From the NCBI RefSeq assembly GCF_017642695.1, contig NZ_JAEPQD010000001.1: a DNA stretch of 64,000 nt. One strand, written 5' to 3'. The stretch's first letter is position 1. The number at the start of each line of letters is the position of its first letter. Source of the stretch: Parvibaculum sp. GTDB taxonomy: Bacteria > Pseudomonadota > Alphaproteobacteria > Parvibaculales > Parvibaculaceae. This document shows, one piece after another, positions 61,287 to 64,000 of the stretch. Position numbers and translations under genes: made by a program. A model generated the notes under the pieces. That model did not search any database and was not told where the DNA came from. It saw only the letters and a list, made by a program, of their open reading frames with translations.

Positions 61287-62642
61287 ATGAGCAGCCCGAA
61301 AGAAGGCAGCACCGAAGCCCCTACCCGCCATCCGCTCGACTGGCACAATCCCGATTTCTACGATCTCGAAAAGCTAGACGCGGAAATGCGCCGTGTCTTC
61401 GACATCTGTCACGGCTGCCGCCGCTGCTTCAATCTCTGCGACAGCTTCCCGCGTCTCTTCGATCTGATCGATGAAAGCCCGACCGGCGAACTCGACGAGG
61501 TGAAGTCGGAGGATTTCGGCCCCGTCGTCGAGGCCTGCACGCTTTGCGACATGTGCTTCATGACGAAGTGCCCCTATGTGCCGCCACACGAATTCAATCT
61601 CGACTTTCCGCATCTGATGCTCCGTTACCGCGCGGCCGAGGCGAAGAAGACGGGCTTTCCCGTCGTTCCCGGCCAGCTCGCGCAGACGGACCGGAACGGC
61701 AAGCTCGCCGCGCCAGTCGCTCCGCTCGCGAATTGGGGTTCCGCCCGCGGTAACAAGCTGACACGCCCCGCGCTCGAAGCGGTCGCCGGCATCGACCGCC
61801 GCGCCGAGCTTCCGAAATTTCATGGGGCGACTTTCACGAAACGCGCGAAGGAACAGGACAAGACGGGGGCCGCCGCGCCGAAGGATGCGCCCGCGAAGGG
61901 CCGCAAGGCAGTCCTCTTCGCGACCTGCTTCGTCAATTACAATAATCCGGGCGTCGGCGAAGCCGCGCGTCTCGTTCTCGCGCATAACGGCGTCGAGACC
62001 GAAGTCGCCTATCCCGGCTGTTGCGGCATGCCTTTTCTCGAACAGGGCAATATCGAAAAGGTGGCCGCCCAGGCGGAGAAAGTCGCGAAGGATATGTGCG
62101 CCTGGATCGACAAGGGCTACGACATCATCACGCTGACCGCCTCCTGCGGCCTCATGTTCAAGTTCGAATGGCCGCTCATCCTGCCGGACAACGAAGATGT
62201 GAAGAAGCTTTCCGCCGCAACGCGCGACATCGACGAATATGTCGTCGACATCGCGAAGAAGGAAGGCCTCGCCCCCGGGCTCAATCCCGTCGAGGGCGGT
62301 GTTACCGCACATCTCGCCTGTCATGCCCGCGCGCAGAACATGGGCGCGAAATCGGCCGAGATGATGCGCCTCATTCCCGATCTCAAGCTCGATGTCGTCG
62401 AGCGTTGCTCCGGACACGGAGGAACCTTTGGCGTCATGAAGGAAACCTTCGATGTGGCAATGAAGGTCGGCAAGACCGCCTCACGCAACGTCGCAAAGAC
62501 CGGCAACAGGTATGTCACGTCGGATTGCCCGCTCGCCGCCAAACATCTGGTGCATGAGATTGATACGATGGGCGAGCCGCAGCCGCCGGCGCCCCATCAC
62601 CCGATCGAGATCATGGCGCGGGCCTGGGGGCTCATTCGCTAA
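61287..62642 (+). CDS. Fe-S-binding oxidoreductase with CCG domains (GlpC / heterodisulfide-reductase-D-like)
   Basis: 451 aa. Two 4Fe-4S ferredoxin-type Cys clusters (CHGCRRCFNLC, CTLCDMCFMTKCP). Two Cys-rich CCG-like segments (CFVNY..PGCCGMP, CHARAQNMG...CSGHGG). Confidence 0.75.
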   Translation: MSSPKEGSTEAPTRHPLDWHNPDFYDLEKLDAEMRRVFDICHGCRRCFNLCDSFPRLFDLIDESPTGELDEVKSEDFGPVVEACTLCDMCFMTKCPYVPPHEFNLDFPHLMLRYRAAEAKKTGFPVVPGQLAQTDRNGKLAAPVAPLANWGSARGNKLTRPALEAVAGIDRRAELPKFHGATFTKRAKEQDKTGAAAPKDAPAKGRKAVLFATCFVNYNNPGVGEAARLVLAHNGVETEVAYPGCCGMPFLEQGNIEKVAAQAEKVAKDMCAWIDKGYDIITLTASCGLMFKFEWPLILPDNEDVKKLSAATRDIDEYVVDIAKKEGLAPGLNPVEGGVTAHLACHARAQNMGAKSAEMMRLIPDLKLDVVERCSGHGGTFGVMKETFDVAMKVGKTASRNVAKTGNRYVTSDCPLAAKHLVHEIDTMGEPQPPAPHHPIEIMARAWGLIR

Positions 62643-62686
62643 ACGGGGGTGAGACGGAAAAGGTCAAACCCGAAAGGTTCTGAGAG

Positions 62687-63280
62687 ATGCCTGCGATGAA
62701 AAAGGAAATCACGCCCGACGACATTCTTCCCTACGAGACCTACGCGAAGGAGCGGAAGGAACGTCGCGCGGCGATCACTGCGCTGAAGAAGAACCGGCGC
62801 GTCGAGGTCGGGCCCTACGCGACCTTCTATTTCGAGAACTATGACACGATGTTCCAGCAAATTCAGGAAATGCTGCACATCGAAAAGGGGGGCGCGGAAC
62901 AGCTTGCCGACGAACTCCATGCCTATAATCCCCTGATCCCTCAGGGTAATGAACTCGTCGCGACCGTCATGTTCGAGATCAATGACGAGGTCCGCCGCGA
63001 CAAGTTCCTGCGCTCGATCACCTGGGTCGAGAAGCACCTCTTCATCGATGTCGGTGGTGAGCGCATTCAGGGTGAAGCCGAAATGGATGTCGAGCGCACC
63101 AAGGCGGACGGCAAGACGTCATCCGTCCACTTCGTCCATTTCCGTTTCACGGATGATCAGATTGCGAAGTTTCGCGATCCCGAAACGCAGGTCATGGTCG
63201 TCATCGCACATGAGAACTATCACCACATGACTGTGATGCAGCCGCAGGTGAAGGAAGCTCTGGCGAAGGATTTCGCCTAA
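62687..63280 (+). CDS. DUF3501 family protein
   Basis: 197 aa. Co-oriented with, and 45 nt downstream of, the Fe-S protein gene. Confidence 0.65.
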   Translation: MPAMKKEITPDDILPYETYAKERKERRAAITALKKNRRVEVGPYATFYFENYDTMFQQIQEMLHIEKGGAEQLADELHAYNPLIPQGNELVATVMFEINDEVRRDKFLRSITWVEKHLFIDVGGERIQGEAEMDVERTKADGKTSSVHFVHFRFTDDQIAKFRDPETQVMVVIAHENYHHMTVMQPQVKEALAKDFA

Positions 63281-63855
63281 CGGTTCTCCCGCATGCCGGT
63301 CGGGAGGATATCTCCTGTGCCGTGCAGCGCGAGGCGGCGAAACATCGCATCGACCTCCGCTGGCGGCAGGTCGGGCCTCCGCTCGAGCCACCAGGTAAGA
63401 AGGTTCACCAGCGTTCCGACGACGAACTGTATGCGCACCTCGCGCGGCACGCCGCCGTCGTCTTCCGTCTCGGACAGTTCGCGACGCACGAACTCGGTCA
63501 GGATGCGGCCGATCTCGCCGATGGCGATGACGTTTCCTGGGCTGCCCGTCATGGCGTGATAGATGCCGACATGCCGGGCGGCATGCTCGAACATGGTGCG
63601 GCTGAAACGGAACGGCACGGCACCTTGTTCCTCCTTCATGGCTTCCGCGAGTTCTCTGCGGAGGTTATCGAAGCCGCTCCGCAGCAGGTCTTCCTTGCCT
63701 GCATAATGGGCATAGAAAGTCGAACGACCGACATCCGCCTCTTCGATCAGTTCCCGTATCGAAACCTCTTCGTATCCCTTCCGTTCGACAAGCGAGAGCA
63801 GGGCCTTGTGCAGGGCCGTTCGCGTTCTGGCGGCGCGCCGGTCGATTTTCTGCAT
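63277..63855 (-). CDS. TetR/AcrR-family transcriptional regulator
   Basis: Start at MQKIDRRAARTRTALHKALLSL with an AAGGA RBS. TetR HTH (VSIRELIEEADVGRSTFYAHY). Confidence 0.8.
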   Translation of the reverse strand: MQKIDRRAARTRTALHKALLSLVERKGYEEVSIRELIEEADVGRSTFYAHYAGKEDLLRSGFDNLRRELAEAMKEEQGAVPFRFSRTMFEHAARHVGIYHAMTGSPGNVIAIGEIGRILTEFVRRELSETEDDGGVPREVRIQFVVGTLVNLLTWWLERRPDLPPAEVDAMFRRLALHGTGDILPTGMRENR

Positions 63856-64000
63856 CGTCAAAGGTCCTTTTCCGGAACGAAAGGTTGTTTCTGTCCTGTA
63901 ACGTGCTGTCCGCCTCGTTCGCTTGCGAACGGTCCCGGACAATTCGCTCCGTTTCTGACAGATAGGTCCGCATCTTGCCATTCTTCAAGACTGTGGTGTG

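Noticed and set aside
1-64000. CRISPR arrays, IS elements/transposases, integrases, restriction-modification or toxin-antitoxin pairs
   Set aside because: No direct-repeat/spacer arrays, no transposase-, integrase- or nuclease/methylase-like ORFs, and no short convergent or overlapping small-gene pairs typical of TA modules were seen. The window is dominated by syntenic housekeeping genes

Overview
This window is a high-GC (~65%) chromosomal core segment of an alphaproteobacterium. Its gene order matches Rhizobiales-type synteny. One conserved block runs olsB–tme(maeB)–mutS–glnD–murJ–trpS. A second long plus-strand run is fur–plsC–miaB–phoH–ybeY–corC–lnt–metK–trmB–rimP–nusA–ylxR–infB–rbfA–truB–rpsO–pnp, followed on the minus strand by fabI–fabB–fabA next to irr. 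The 5' part carries the E. coli-like yraL(rsmI)/yraM/yraN/yraP neighbourhood plus gshB. About 60 protein genes can be supported. Most are housekeeping genes and are gene-dense on alternating strands. I see no CRISPR array, IS element, integrase, restriction-modification or toxin-antitoxin module. The features that look less ordinary are listed here.
- Three AT-rich palindromes resemble the Irr-binding iron control element (ICE, TTTAGAA-N3-TTCTAAA). One sits at the fabA/irr divergent promoter, one upstream of a rubrerythrin / CCG-type Fe-S protein / DUF3501 three-gene module, and a near-consensus copy upstream of trpS.
- A degraded tRNA-like element with tandem T-arm-like repeats follows trpS. 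After it come a cytoplasmic SPFH (band-7) protein, a DUF2333 membrane protein and a universal stress protein.
- A periplasmic mini-cluster codes for a DUF1311–DUF3298 fusion, a Spy/CpxP-like LTXXQ protein carrying a 42-nt tandem repeat that encodes Met/Gly-rich GMMGPGMMGxGWGS units, a DUF302 protein, and small lipoprotein or unannotated ORFs.
- A 28-nt perfect AT-rich palindrome lies in the metK leader.
- A Zn-ribbon SAM-methyltransferase and a small secreted protein sit between mutS and glnD in a visibly AT-richer stretch.
The many long antisense ORFs in the track are GC-driven shadow ORFs and are rejected.
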